From Yuukianura sp. NJ FZ-2021 (taxonomy: Eukaryota), in assembly GCA_046563655.1 (NCBI GenBank), contig CM102290.1, positions 11,780,001 through 11,844,000 of the forward strand: DNA of 64,000 nucleotides, in the 5' to 3' direction. The position numbers and the translations under genes are program-made. Of the stretch, positions 1-12,700 are shown in pieces (position 1 is the first letter of the stretch; every line of letters starts with the position of its first letter). Below the pieces are notes generated by a model. It saw only the letters and a program-made list of their open reading frames with translations, was not told the origin of the DNA and ran no database searches.

Positions 1-63
1 GTTATTATTTGTCATTTTGTTTGTTTGTTATTGATAATTGAGCGTTGTACTCGTCCGATATAG

Positions 64-209
64 ATTATTCAGTGGACACATTCCTGGACATGGAGTCACT
101 CCATATTGAACTCAACTCCCTCACCACCTCGAGGTATACGAAGCTCCAGCAACTATTTGTGGCAGAAGAGAAGCTAGAACAGAGGCAACAAGAAGCCAAC
201 AACGCCTAA
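64..209 (+). CDS. Probable terminal coding exon of an unidentified gene entering from the left edge
   Basis: T-rich tract and tag acceptor at 61-63, then an open frame (D)YSVDTFLDMESLHIELNSLTTSRYTKLQQLFVAEEKLEQRQQEANNA ending TAA at 207-209, followed by AT-rich UTR-like sequence. No family recognised. Confidence 0.45.
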
Positions 210-3200
210 TCAGATTAGCACACAAAAAAAGTATTTTGTCATTTCTAAAATAAGAAAATCATTTACAGATTAGGTTAGCAGGAATTTTCCTAACTTGCAA
301 AATTTTTATGGAGCTGACAAATTGCTCAATTTTGTTGTCACTCGTGCTTTTCGACATCAATGTGTTCCTGAAAGTTGTAATGTAAAGGACGTACGGCGTA
401 TTTTTCCCCCAATGTACCACGCACTTTCCATAAGTTTTTCTGCTTCATCGCATTCGCAATTTCGCACCGCAGCGGAGTAATTACCATAAGTTAATTAATC
501 TTGGGCGTACCCCTCGGTGATACCGAAATTTTCACACACAAAAAAAAATCCCGGCACTGTGGGTTACGCCGCCGGTACTCGCATTTCGAGTCCGCTGTAT
601 GCCCACTTGTGTGGTGGTACGACAAAAAACATTAAGTTTGGGAATTTGTATGGACATAAGTGCTACATTTCTCCATACTTCATGTGTCAAAGGTCATTAG
701 TAATTGACCCAACCCGTAATTCACTCTGGAACAAGTACTATTTGGTGGATAGACTTAAAATGCCATTGTTGTGTTCACAACAATGGAGTGTACCACTTCA
801 ACTCACTGTTGCCAATTTTATCAAGCGATGAAAAAATAAAGTCTTCAAAAAAATATTTAAAACAGTGTTTAGTAGGCTTCAAACTTACGTTAGTATACCA
901 ATAATTAACTTGGTATTAAAATAGTTCATAATTGTTATTTTCTATTATATTTATATTTATCTAAATTATTATTGTTAGTTGATCGTTTACCCATCGATTA
1001 AATAAAAATAAAAAAAAAACAGGAGTTTATAGTACAAATTTTCTCTTCGTTTCGTACGAAATAATATTTTTGAGAAACGACTATGCAGCTGCAATCGTTT
1101 TATTATAGTCGGTATAATTTATATATTACATTAACAAGACAAAGTTATTGTTTTTAACTTATGTCAGGATTAGTCTGAAAAAAATTTACTAGTTGATACA
1201 TTAGATGTTAAATAATAATCTAGGGAATAACAATTAAGCGACTAACTATAAGTTAGGCTAAGATTAGTCGTTTAGGTTATTAACCTAACAGGGATATAGT
1301 GCTCTACTATGGTTGTCAACAGTGTGTAAAGTAGTGGTGGTTATGCGGATTGGAATGCCACCCTCTCCCTTGACTCCTCTGCATCTCTTCCCGTTGCCTC
1401 CAGTCAGAACAAAACAAGTTGTAGACGGAGGAGGTTGGAGGCTACACTACTGTCTGCTCTCCGCTCATCATACACAGATCATTTACAAAGTGTCAATTTA
1501 AAACCAACAATTGAAGTGCTAATTCTGCAACAGCACAAGCCTACCCTTCACTTTCCAGTTCAACACCAACCGATTTGTCAAGTTCCACATCGTCAACTAA
1601 GGAGGCATAATCAGGTAATTGCAGTAATTTGACAAATCTTAATTACTTCAGTACAACACGACCATGTTTGAAACTTTTTTGAGGAGATCAGATGAGGGAG
1701 TGACTCTCGTCTACTCCACCCTTGTTTAGTTTTCATACAGATAGAGTCGGTGACCTGTAGGATGTTGACCCTGTACAAATTGAAGTTATAGATCAGTTTT
1801 TAGGTTTGTGTCCTCATGTCATCGTCATAGTGTCTGCCGTGTCGGAATTTTTATCATTTGGAGGTTCTCGTCGATTCAGAAGGTGAGCAAGAGAGTTAAA
1901 TAGAAAGTGCACAGATCATTGGGGCTATATGAGTCATGGATAATATTTCGTTTCCAAGATGTGTTTTGGGTTTTTAGATTTCCGTTCCGTCGTGCAGACA
2001 TTACTTGACAGTAAGAACTTCCCAAAAACTGCGTAAACTTTTCATTCTTTCATTTTGAAAGGGAGTTTGATGCAGAGGCAGAAGCCCTAAAGTGCTGCTA
2101 AATCCCTCAATGTATTAGATTTAACATTCCTTTGGGCACCAGTCAGAAAGGGGAGATTAGTTTTAAGATGCTGTTGAGTCTCTCTCGCAACTATGATTCA
2201 TGATTGCTTTTGTGAAAGTGGTAGTACAACAACAGTTGACCTTGATCAGTCCATTGACTAAGCTAAAATGTTGTTATGTCACAGTTTAGGCACAGTACTT
2301 AAGTCTCGGAATTTGGCAAAGTAGTAAAGTATGTTGGCCTAATACAGTTAACTTTTGTTCTTCTAGAATGGCTCCCTCCAGCAGCATGTCCTTGTGGAAT
2401 GGAAATCTTAAAAGTGTTTCCCATGGGAAAGTTGACTTTGACAGGGATTCAGGATTCATTGTCAAGAGGTTATTAATTTCCACTTTGAGACACTACTTTT
2501 AGTCTCCGTCGTTATCCTATGGAGCTCTAGTCTTTAGTTTCTAATTGACATTGTCACCTTCCCTTTCAATTTGTCTAGTGTCAGCAGCAGAATTTTAGGA
2601 TAGGAGGCTATGGACTAACTCTGGACGTAGACAGAGCACGTAGAGTAGTAACGAGAATTAAATGTGTTGGGTTTCTTCATATGTCATGTGAGTAGTACTG
2701 TTTCGTGAGTGGTGATAGGTCAGGACGAGGTCATGGTTGAAACATGAGCTGTTGAAGCAGTGGGAATGGGAATAGACAGAATCAGTTGGATCCACAGATG
2801 AAAGATGAGAGTAATAGAATCATAAAGTAGCAGGAGCTAGTAGTTCAGTTTACAACTTTGTTTACATTGGTAATCTTGTCTACGTCGTAAACAGTTTTGC
2901 CAGATTTAGATTGAAGTGGAAAGTATCAGTAGTTGTAGTGGATCTAGATAAAACGTTAGTTTTAAGTTAGGACAGGATAGTGTCCTGCTGAGGTGCCAAA
3001 AGTAGTAAATTACTTTCCGAATCACACTTTTATTGTTTGACAGACTTCCGTATAGTCAGCCAAAATTTTATCTTTCAATTTCTAAACAATGGAAACATTA
3101 ACATCCTCTGCAGTATACTCATTCCCTGGATGATGATGATACGGAGTGCTAAAAAGCTTTAGGCTTTTTATAGGCGTGTGGAAGTTCCTATTTTAATAAT

Positions 3201-6200
3201 AAGAATGGGAACCACATGTTGACTCAATCCGTTTTGTGTCATAAACAATTTACAGAGGCATACGGTATTTTTATGCAATTTTTACTAAACCAGACCAAAA
3301 GTCATGTGGTAATTGAAAATGGATGAACTTTTATAGCTCTGAGCCATCTTGGCTAATTTTAGAATCAATTAGACTCTTCACGCCTCAGTTTAGGATTTGC
3401 ATAGCCTCCGGCTAAATAAGTTCGATTAGACTCGGTGTGTTCGGCGGATCATTGCAAAAAATTGGTTTGAATTTTTTAGTGTCGTCCTCAATCTGAATTT
3501 CAGTTTTTCTATTGTTCTTTGTTGTGACGTTATTGAAGTGGAAATGAACTGGTTTCAATCGTGGGGGTAAATGTCAAAATGCCAGTCTGGAGGCTAAACT
3601 GCCAATTTCCACTTCTTCGTCCGTGTCATGTCACAGTCACCACCACCGCCACAGTAACCGTGGCGGTTTCCATAGTCTATAACCTGGTTAGGTTGAATGA
3701 AAAAGTAAAAAGAGGCTGTTCGTGTTTCAACAGCGTTGACTCTTCCTTTCCACTCCATTTCCAATTAATTGATTTACGTCCAACCGACACTTTTACTTTG
3801 TGGAGAGGAAGGTTTAAGTGCTAGAGTTGGTTTTTAGTCTCAGGAGTTCGGTTTTGGAACTTATAGAGTGTCCATGTCAACTCTAACCTTTGAAAATCAA
3901 CAGACTGGAATGTATTGCCAGCATGACTGAAGATGGAATTGAAATTGTACGGATGGATTAGATATTAAGAGCAGATTAACCTGGATTATATTATCATTAG
4001 ATTAGTTTTATGTATTGGGTTAGATGAAAGACACTCTGGGTGATGAGAAAAAGAGGATATGAATTGGATAAGGTTGGTGAAAGTAGTGAAAGTACAGGAA
4101 AGTTGTGCTATTGATTCCATTTCCAATTGATTCCTTTTCTTCTGCTTTTCTTTCCTCTCATCACTTACGATCAGGGAGTAGCCAGAAAGGATAAAAGTTT
4201 TCGATAACATTGGAGAATAAGTTAGGTTTCTAGTGCGGGCAGAATAAGTTAGGGTTTAGGTTAGGATAGTACGGGTTTTGTTGAGATCGTAAACCAGTGG
4301 GAGCAGTTGAGCCTCTCAAGTCCGTGCTTTCACTTTCAGTCGAGAGGGAAAGCACTTAAATAGCCTTTTCCTGTTACACTTGCTTTCTCCAGCAAAAAAA
4401 ACTGTGCTGGAAGACCGAGACCGCCCATACAAAGTTCCAGTTCCTGCTGGATGTGGATAGAAAACTAAATGTTTAGTGGATCCGTCAATACGGATCTTTA
4501 CAACCAATAATGCCTCTTTAATGGAAAGTAAAACTGCTATACTGCTCCGCAATTTCGTAACGCTTTTTCCACGCACTGGTCCTGGAGCAAGTGAAAAGTT
4601 GGTTCTGGGCCACTGGGAACAGGAATACTTTTATGAATACTTATGGATTTGGGATTCTACCTTTAGTAAAGTAGAATACTGCTGGAGGATGATTTGGAAT
4701 TTGCATTAATAAATTGTGAAACCCGGGATTTGAATTTTAAATTTCCATTTCCAGGTTGGTTGGTTTTGGTGGTTTAAGAAACTAGGAGGAAAGACTTACT
4801 TTTTTTGTTGGAATTTGGTTAAGTCTGGTTGCTCGTCTTCCTTGCCTGTCTCATTCCCATTTAAAGTTATATTCCTATTTCTAAAGTACTGGAAAGTACT
4901 GGAATACTGCTGGGCTTCCTTTATCGTGTCTGGTTTTCCTGGAAGACTTTTCCAGTTTGAAGAAGAGTTTTTCAAGGTGGAGGATTAAGAAAGGCTTTGG
5001 AGAACTTTTGGAAAGAACCCCTATGTCTAATTTATATTTTTGCTTGGGAGGCTGCTGGAAAGTTGCTGCTTCACCTCTTGCTTGCTCTAATGCCACAGTC
5101 CCACCAGGAACGAGAAAAGTGGGGCAGGTCCCACCATTGACTTTTTGACTTTGCAAAGTGGGTCCCCCTCGAAATTGACAGTTTCGCTTCGTTTCATCTG
5201 TTCTAAGTAAACTTGTATTTTTGAGTTCTTTGAGTTGTTTTTGTTTTTGCAAGGTGTTTGGGTCTCACAAATTTTTGTTTTTGTGAGTTGTTGCATGTTG
5301 AAGAAAATTTTTGTTTTGAGGGTTCTAGGAATTTGAGACATTTTGCCAAGAAACGTGAAAGTGAAACAAGGAGAAAATGGAAATGAAGTTTGCAACCTTG
5401 GAAGTGTTTTGCTGTTTTTTTTTAAATTGAAAAATGTCAGGATTTACGTAAATGGGATTTTGTAGAACTCTGCTGGATTTCGTGATGTGAAATGATTGGT
5501 TTTTGTGGTTGATTGAAAAATGGGGGGAAATTGTTTGTTTTGATGTGTTTTTGAAGGGAAATGGGAAATGAAACGGGGGTTGTATAACAAGAATTTCTTG
5601 TGCTAAAATTGGCATCTTGTGAGTTCGATGTGAGGTTTTCCAAATTTAGACTTTTATGTAACCACTGGTGTCCAGTCCAGAAGTTCTGGAAGTGTTGAAA
5701 TGAACTTAGGACGAAGAGAGTTTTATGCTTAACTGAAGTTTAGCCTGGTTATATGATGCTTCTGGAGAAACGTAATTACTAGTTCGTGTGTTTCGTCGTG
5801 GGTGTGATGACCATTGTCTTTCGTCTGTCATCGCCAATTTCGTTTTGTTTTCCCTATGGACTTGAATGTAGTGGCACAACAACAGAAAAGTTTTGTCTGG
5901 GAAAGTTTAGTTTTTGTTATGTTGAATACGTACGGGTTTTGGAAGGAATTTGGAACTGGATTAAAAGTTGAGAGAGCGAGAAAAAAAACTGAAGAGAGCT
6001 AAATTTGTTTTGAATTGCGATGTTTCTGAGTCTTCTATTGTAGAAAAATAAAAAGAAGTTTTCTGTGCTAGAAAATAAACAACGAAGAAAACAAGTAAAA
6101 AAAAAGTTTTTACTAAAAAGTAGAAGTAAAAAAGAAAGTAAGAGTTGAGCATGATGGTGAGAGAAAGTTTGGAGATTTTGGAATATAGTACGTGCGGTGT

Positions 6201-6761
6201 GCTTTGTTGGCCTAGTTTTCAAACTTTTTTTTGCAAAAAAAAAAAATCAGGGAAAAGTTGAAATTGAAACAGGATCGAGTAGAGGTATTTATTGAGTTTC
6301 AATTTCATATCTATTTCACAGTAAATTGCATTGTCAAGTACTACGTAAGATGTTAGGTCTTTTGTCTATAAAAGTTAAGTGCAAGATAACGAGAAAGTGA
6401 GATGTGAGATGCAATTTTGTTGAGATAAAGCGAGTCTCTTGACTACTTTGACGTTTTGCAAAGGAGGTTAGGAATCAAGTTCCCTTGTGAAACGTCAATT
6501 ATGAGTAACTCAAGGCTTATTCGATTACTTGCACGCGCGTTCTGATGCTATAAATCTCATCACCGTGTCTTAATCATGAAAATTTTGCATTAACTTAAGG
6601 TGAAATATGTTGAACCTTGAATTGCTTTTGGTTTTTTTAGGGCCGTGATTTCGACACGATTTAAACAAAGTCGGAAAAACTGAATACGTTTCAGAACTAA
6701 AGTTTGAAAATTGGCGGGAAAAATTTAATCTGGTGACGACCACTGATTTTGAATCTTGAAG

Positions 6762-9700
6762 ATGCCGTCGTGGTGGAAATCTTGCGTCTGCAAGCCACCG
6801 GAAGAATCACAACAAACTGTTTCATTAGACTTTCGACAATGCAATTTCGTCACCGTTCCTCCCGAAGTCTTCGCTCACGAACTAACTCTAGAGAAAGTGA
6901 CGCTGGCTTCGAATCAGGTAAAAACAATTTTACAAAGTATTTCTAGAATACTTCCAAGTATCAAGTATCAGAATTTTACACGGAAACACAAGTACGTAGC
7001 TTTTGCTTAATTAGAGACAGGTTGGAATTGGATATCCGGAACAACATAAGGATAAAGCTGGCGCGTGTGCCCCTCGTTTCCACTAGGTTGAATCGTACCA
7101 ATTTAATGGCACACTGGATCCTGAGAACTGAGATCATTTGGAATCTGAACAGACTTTATCCATGAAAATGGAATGCTTATGTGAAATATTTCCCGTAGGT
7201 TGGAAAATTGAATTTGAGTTTGTTCGGGGCGGGAGAAAGTAAGAGAAAGCTGCTCTTTCCAGGAAGTTTGGAAAGAGGCTCATCCGGCTTCTACTGAATA
7301 TTTGAAGCCTCTTCATCCCACTTCAAAATCTGAACAAGCTCCTCTTCGTCTCATTCCCCGGAAGGAACACAAATTTTGAGATTTTGAAGCTGGGAGAGGG
7401 AGAAAGTTCTCACTTTCACCTTTCAAAACAACACTCTTTCGATATTTACTTTCTGGCTTTTTTTTTCTTTTGTTTGTCGTTCCGTTCTTTGAACGGTTTC
7501 CGGGTCAACGGAATGTTGCGCCTGGCGTTTAAGCGTTATTTGACAGAGTTAACTCAAGCGTGCTCTCAATCTCTTCTCTGAGCTGTACAAAATGAAATTT
7601 TGTGTGTGACAGTGACATGGCATGCTATGAACTCGGCCTAAGTGTCAACCCCTTGAACCCCTCGGGATCTGTGCCAGTTTAATCAAGTTGACTTAAATTT
7701 TGAAGTGTCTGTATTTGTTTTTTCCAGATCTCTGCGTTGCCACCTTCTCTATTCTGTTGCCATGAATTGAGAGAACTCGATGTTTCGGAGAATGAACTGA
7801 CGACAATTCCACCAGCTATCGGCTCATTGGCGAGACTTCAGAGACTCGATTTGAGTCGAAACTGTAAGATGTTCTAAAAGGAGTGACCCATGACCTACTT
7901 ATTACCTTAGTATTATGTGCTTGACGGAATGTTAAAGAGACGCGAGTTCATGGAATGGGTGTGTCAGGAGACGAGACTTGAGCGATTACGCGGTGGGTTT
8001 AAAGTCCTTGAGCTTCTGAGTAAAGTGGATGGAAGTAAATAAAGTTCTTTTTTTAGGAGACACTTGAAAAGTAGTATACTAGAAATACAGTAGGCGACGA
8101 AGCCTAAGAAATGAGTTTCAATTGAATGATGAGGTTTTGTCCTTGTCTGCTCAACTCTAGTCAATTATGAGACTCCTAAATCCAGTTATGTTTCGACTTA
8201 AAATGGACGTAAATTTTCATTTTCACGCCATGGGAGTCGGTGTGGTTTTTATCTTTATTAAGTCAAGGGAAAATGACAAAAGACAAAGAAGTTCGACTTG
8301 GAGGTCACAAAATGGAAGCGTGTGAAATTGGTTTCATTTTGGAGGACAATGCTACGGAAACTTTTAGTTTGAACTTGAAGATCATAGATTGACAAAAACG
8401 TTTCGGAAGATTGACGAAAACGTTTTTGTAACAACGAAACTGTAGCGAAGAAGTGATAACGGTTTTGATTTGACATGGAAGGAGGAAGTAACGGCGGAAA
8501 CGAAGTCAGTCGGGAAGAAAAGATGATGATGATGATGACGAAGGCTGTGAGGACAGTGACATTTGGGTGACATTTTAGTGCGATTGGAAATGCAGGAGTG
8601 TGCAAAGTTTGCGAAAAACGTTTTTTTGTCGGTTTTGCTCGATTTTTTGCGACTTTTTTTGTTCGGATAGGAGTCTCCCAGGAATTTTTGCTTGAGTGGC
8701 ATTAACACTGGTAGTTTGAGCGAGACTTTGTAGAATTTAGAGTTTGGAGAAGAGACTAATGAGGTCAAAGTTGATTCTTCTTGGGTTCCAGTTGCATGGA
8801 GAAGTTGCTGTGTGCTAGCTGGGGCCTGAATCATAATTGGGACTTTAATTAAATTCTGGAAGTTCTATTAATAAGCAAAATCAGTAGGGACTTGGGTATG
8901 TTCGACTACTGCTTCTGCCCCTTGCTGTGTTTCCTTTGAACTCGCCAACTGAATTTGAAATTAGCGCGCTCGTCCAACCTCTTTTTATTCCTTTGCTATT
9001 AGTTAAATCAACAACAACTGCATGGCGATGAACACTCAAATCAAAATTTTCGAAGGGGTCAGAGGTTAAAGTATTCACAACTTGCAAGTAGTACTGAAAT
9101 TGAATCAGTAGTGTTTGTGTCAAATGGAAGAGTTGCATTTGCATACTTAAAGGTTCACTTTGGGTAGTGATTTGAAACACAGCACTTTCTTGCCAGAAGA
9201 GAAAGTAGATAGATGATAATTAAGTTGCACTTCGTAGTGAGTGCTTTTACATTTGGTTTTCGTGAAGTCGTGAGAGGAAAGTGAAATTTAAGATGGAAAT
9301 GACTTGATTATTGAAAATGGTTTTTGGAGCCATCATGATTTTGTATTTGATTGAGTTTTTGGTTAACTGTGGCCCTAACTCGGAAAGTTGTGGCATAACA
9401 TGGATGTGTACTACTGGGTCGGCTGAGACGGAAGAATGAAAAAGCCGAATGTGCAGCTGCTCAATTTCGTTGCACCAAAAAACAAACAAGTTTTACAGTG
9501 ATGCACAATTTGTTAAGCCTGTGTCACACTTTTTCTCGCAAATTTCGCGCGCGCGATTGGAATTTGAAATCTGAATGAGTTGAATTTCTCCAACCAGATT
9601 TTCATGTCCGCGGGAAGAGTTTTCATGTGAGTGGATCCGTGGAGAACTGTTTGCTCGGGTCATAGTCAACAATGGCGAGTTTTTTCACGAAATTGTTACA

Positions 9701-12700
9701 CCAATTGTTTGTGTAATGAGCAAATGCGGGTGGGACGGTGTCTCATGCATTGAGAAGACGAGGTAGTTGGAAACAATGTAGTTGTTTACAAAGATAACGA
9801 AAAAGTACTCTCAAAATCCGAGTTGATGTATTCCGTGTACGTTATCCTGCTCTTCCACCTAAATCTGCCATCAATTCCGGTCCCCATTCCTCCTCGCCCC
9901 CCTCTTCCAGCATTCCGCTAGCCGGATTTAGAATTCGATCCTGGAACTAATTGAAGTCCAGCAAAATAGAAACCAACCCCCCAGCTTACTGTGGTGTGTA
10001 GTCGTCTTTACCCTACTTTTGTTTCCTTTTAGCAAGTTCATTACTCGTTTGAAAATGTTCTTAAATAACAATTGTCAGTCACGATTAGGAAATGTAAGTG
10101 TAATCCGGGCTTAACAAAAATATTTTTTCCGCAAATTTTGTGAAACTCGGAGTGATTTGGGAAAAGTTGTTTGTTTTTTGGTTCTAACTCGATGCACATT
10201 CGGCTTTTTCATTCTTCCGTCTTAGCCCACCCAGTAGTAGGTTTGCCGGAAATGTTCAAAAGTTAACATGAAGTTGATGAAGCTAACTATGAAGAAGTTA
10301 TGGTGTGAACTTTGATTTTTAGTTGCGCTTGATGTCGTTTTCTAGAAATGTAATGATGAGCACCAGCCCAAGTCCGAGATATGTCACGATTAAAAGTTTG
10401 AGAAATGAAGAATGTTTAGGAGGATTCTGTTGCAAAGTGAAAGTTTGTTCACACGTCGAGAGGAAAGTTCCAGGCAAAGCGTGCTATTCCGGGGAGGCTG
10501 AGTGGAAAAACAACATAAATATGGAATTGCGTGTGGTGATTTTGAATTGGATCCCCACGAAGTGTGAATTTATGTAATCCACTTCCGACAAGGCTCCGTT
10601 TGAGTGGTTTTATAACAAGAACGAAATGAAAACAAGTCTGACACAGTGGCGGAAAGAAATTGATAGAGTTGTAACAGGGTCGAAGAGTTGTTGGTTCCAG
10701 TACTTGAGTTAAAAAAAATAGTAAACAACTACAATGTCTCGTAAATGAGTTTAGGAGGTCAAGGTCATCGGTCACTCTCTACAAAAACTAAAGATTTATA
10801 ACATAAACTTAAGTTGAAACTTGAACATTGTACTAACTGATGTTTTTTATTTTGTTTACAGCCATTTCAAATGTTGCGGATGCAATAAAAAACTGCAAAA
10901 ACCTGCAATACTTGAATTTGAGTTTGAATCATTTGGTGAAAGTACCGGAAGGGGTATGTCAACTCGTCAATTTGGAGGAGCTAAATCTGACAGACACTGG
11001 TCTGGAGTTCCTTAGTGCAAATTTTTGTCGACTGACGAAACTAAAAGTGCTGGAGTTAAGGGAGAACCTGCTTCAGAACCTTCCAAAGTCCATGACCAGA
11101 TTCAGTCACATTCAACGACTTGACTTGGGAACGAATGACTTGAGGGAAGTGGTGAGTAGAATACTGATTTACATGCTTAATTACTTTCTACAAATAGCTT
11201 TGATGACGTTAACTTAATACGGTTGTTGTTGTTTTTTCCTTAGCCAGAGGTCATCTCTACAATGACGACGCTGACTGAGTTGTACTTGGACCACAATAAA
11301 ATCGGAGTCATTCCAAGTGTAAGTTCAGCCGTTTCGTGTATCTGACTTGTTCATGTACAAATCGGGAGTCATTTGGGAAGTAATTTACACCAAACGTGCT
11401 CTTTTACCTTCTTGTCTGGAAATGTCTTGAGTTAGGAGCAGCAGCAGTAGACCTTTTAGTAGAAAAACGACGGCGGTTATGAAAAAGTTGTTAACGCTCA
11501 GCTTTTCCTGGATGAAAGAAATAACGAGTTGGGAATTGGAAGAAAGTGGATGGGTATTTTGCTTTCACTGGGAAAAGTCAAGGAGAAAAGAGCGAATTCT
11601 AAAAGAAGGTTTCTATTTTAGGCATTTTTTGAAGCAGGAAAATGAGAACTTTTTTTCTCTCTTCTTTTGAGAGACACCGTTTTTAGTATTGATTGACTTT
11701 TAGTAAGAAGTTGAGTCGTGAATCTGGAAATTTTGGTTGATGAATTGGGGTTCTTATAAAGTAGAAGTCTGGTTGCACCGGGGTGACGATAACAGGCCTC
11801 TTCAGTTTCCTTTTGAAGCTAAAAATAAGTTTGAAAATGAAAGGGAGACTCAAAATCGTTCTAAACCTTTATGACTTTCTTGGTTCTCAGAAATGGCAAA
11901 CTTTTTGGAGTCGTTTGTCGTCATTGCAGAGAATAGAACTAGAGAAACAATGGACTGTCAAGTCTTTTTGAGCATTTTGCGAGGAAATGTGCTGGTCTAA
12001 CTTGAGTTCATGAAAAACGTCATGATGGTTGGTTAGGTCATGTCACGTAGGCTCTCGAAAAAGATCTCGTTGGATAATAATTTTTCTTCTTAAATGCTGC
12101 TACTCACAATGACAACTCAATTCAGATTGAGATTAGATTAACTTTTATTTCATTTTGAAAAGACGGAAGATGAAAAAGAATAAAAAGAAATCAGAACTAG
12201 GCTTCAGCTAGGAATTAAACTATTTTTAGCAATTACAGAGTTTTGAAAATGAAAATGTGTAATTTTTTAACTTATTCTTTCTGTTTTGCAGTTCATTGGC
12301 CAATTGACGAAACTAACAAGCTTGGATTGCTCAGAAAATCTTATTTATGAAGCGTCCGAAGATCTGTGCAAGTGCACGAAGCTCACCGATTTAAACTTAT
12401 CAAAAAATACTCTTTCCGTAAGAAAAGAAAATTATAACGCTTTTGAATTTTAAGTGCATTGACCGAACTTTTTTTTTTCTATTTTTTGATGTAGTGTCTT
12501 CCAGAGGGATTGGGTCAGCTAGAGGCAATGACAATGTAAGTTACCGTTTCGAGATTTCGTCTGAATTTTGAAACTGATTTTGTGTGTACTAAACGACTTT
12601 TTTTCTTTTGAATTTTTTAGACTGAGAATTGACAATAACAATATCGAATTTCTTCCGCCGAATTTCGGACGAATGACCAATTTACACGAGTTAAGTGCCA

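Noticed and set aside
3986..6222. Minus-strand ORFs and a donor at 4799 suggesting a gene divergent from Lap1
   Set aside because: No recognisable protein or phase-consistent exon chain. The plus-strand T/G skew resembles Lap1 introns, so this is more simply 5' UTR intron of Lap1.
7129..7150. bantam-like sequence TGAGATCATTTGGAATCTGA in Lap1 intron 1
   Set aside because: It shares the seed, but I found no complementary arm on either side to form a pre-miRNA hairpin.
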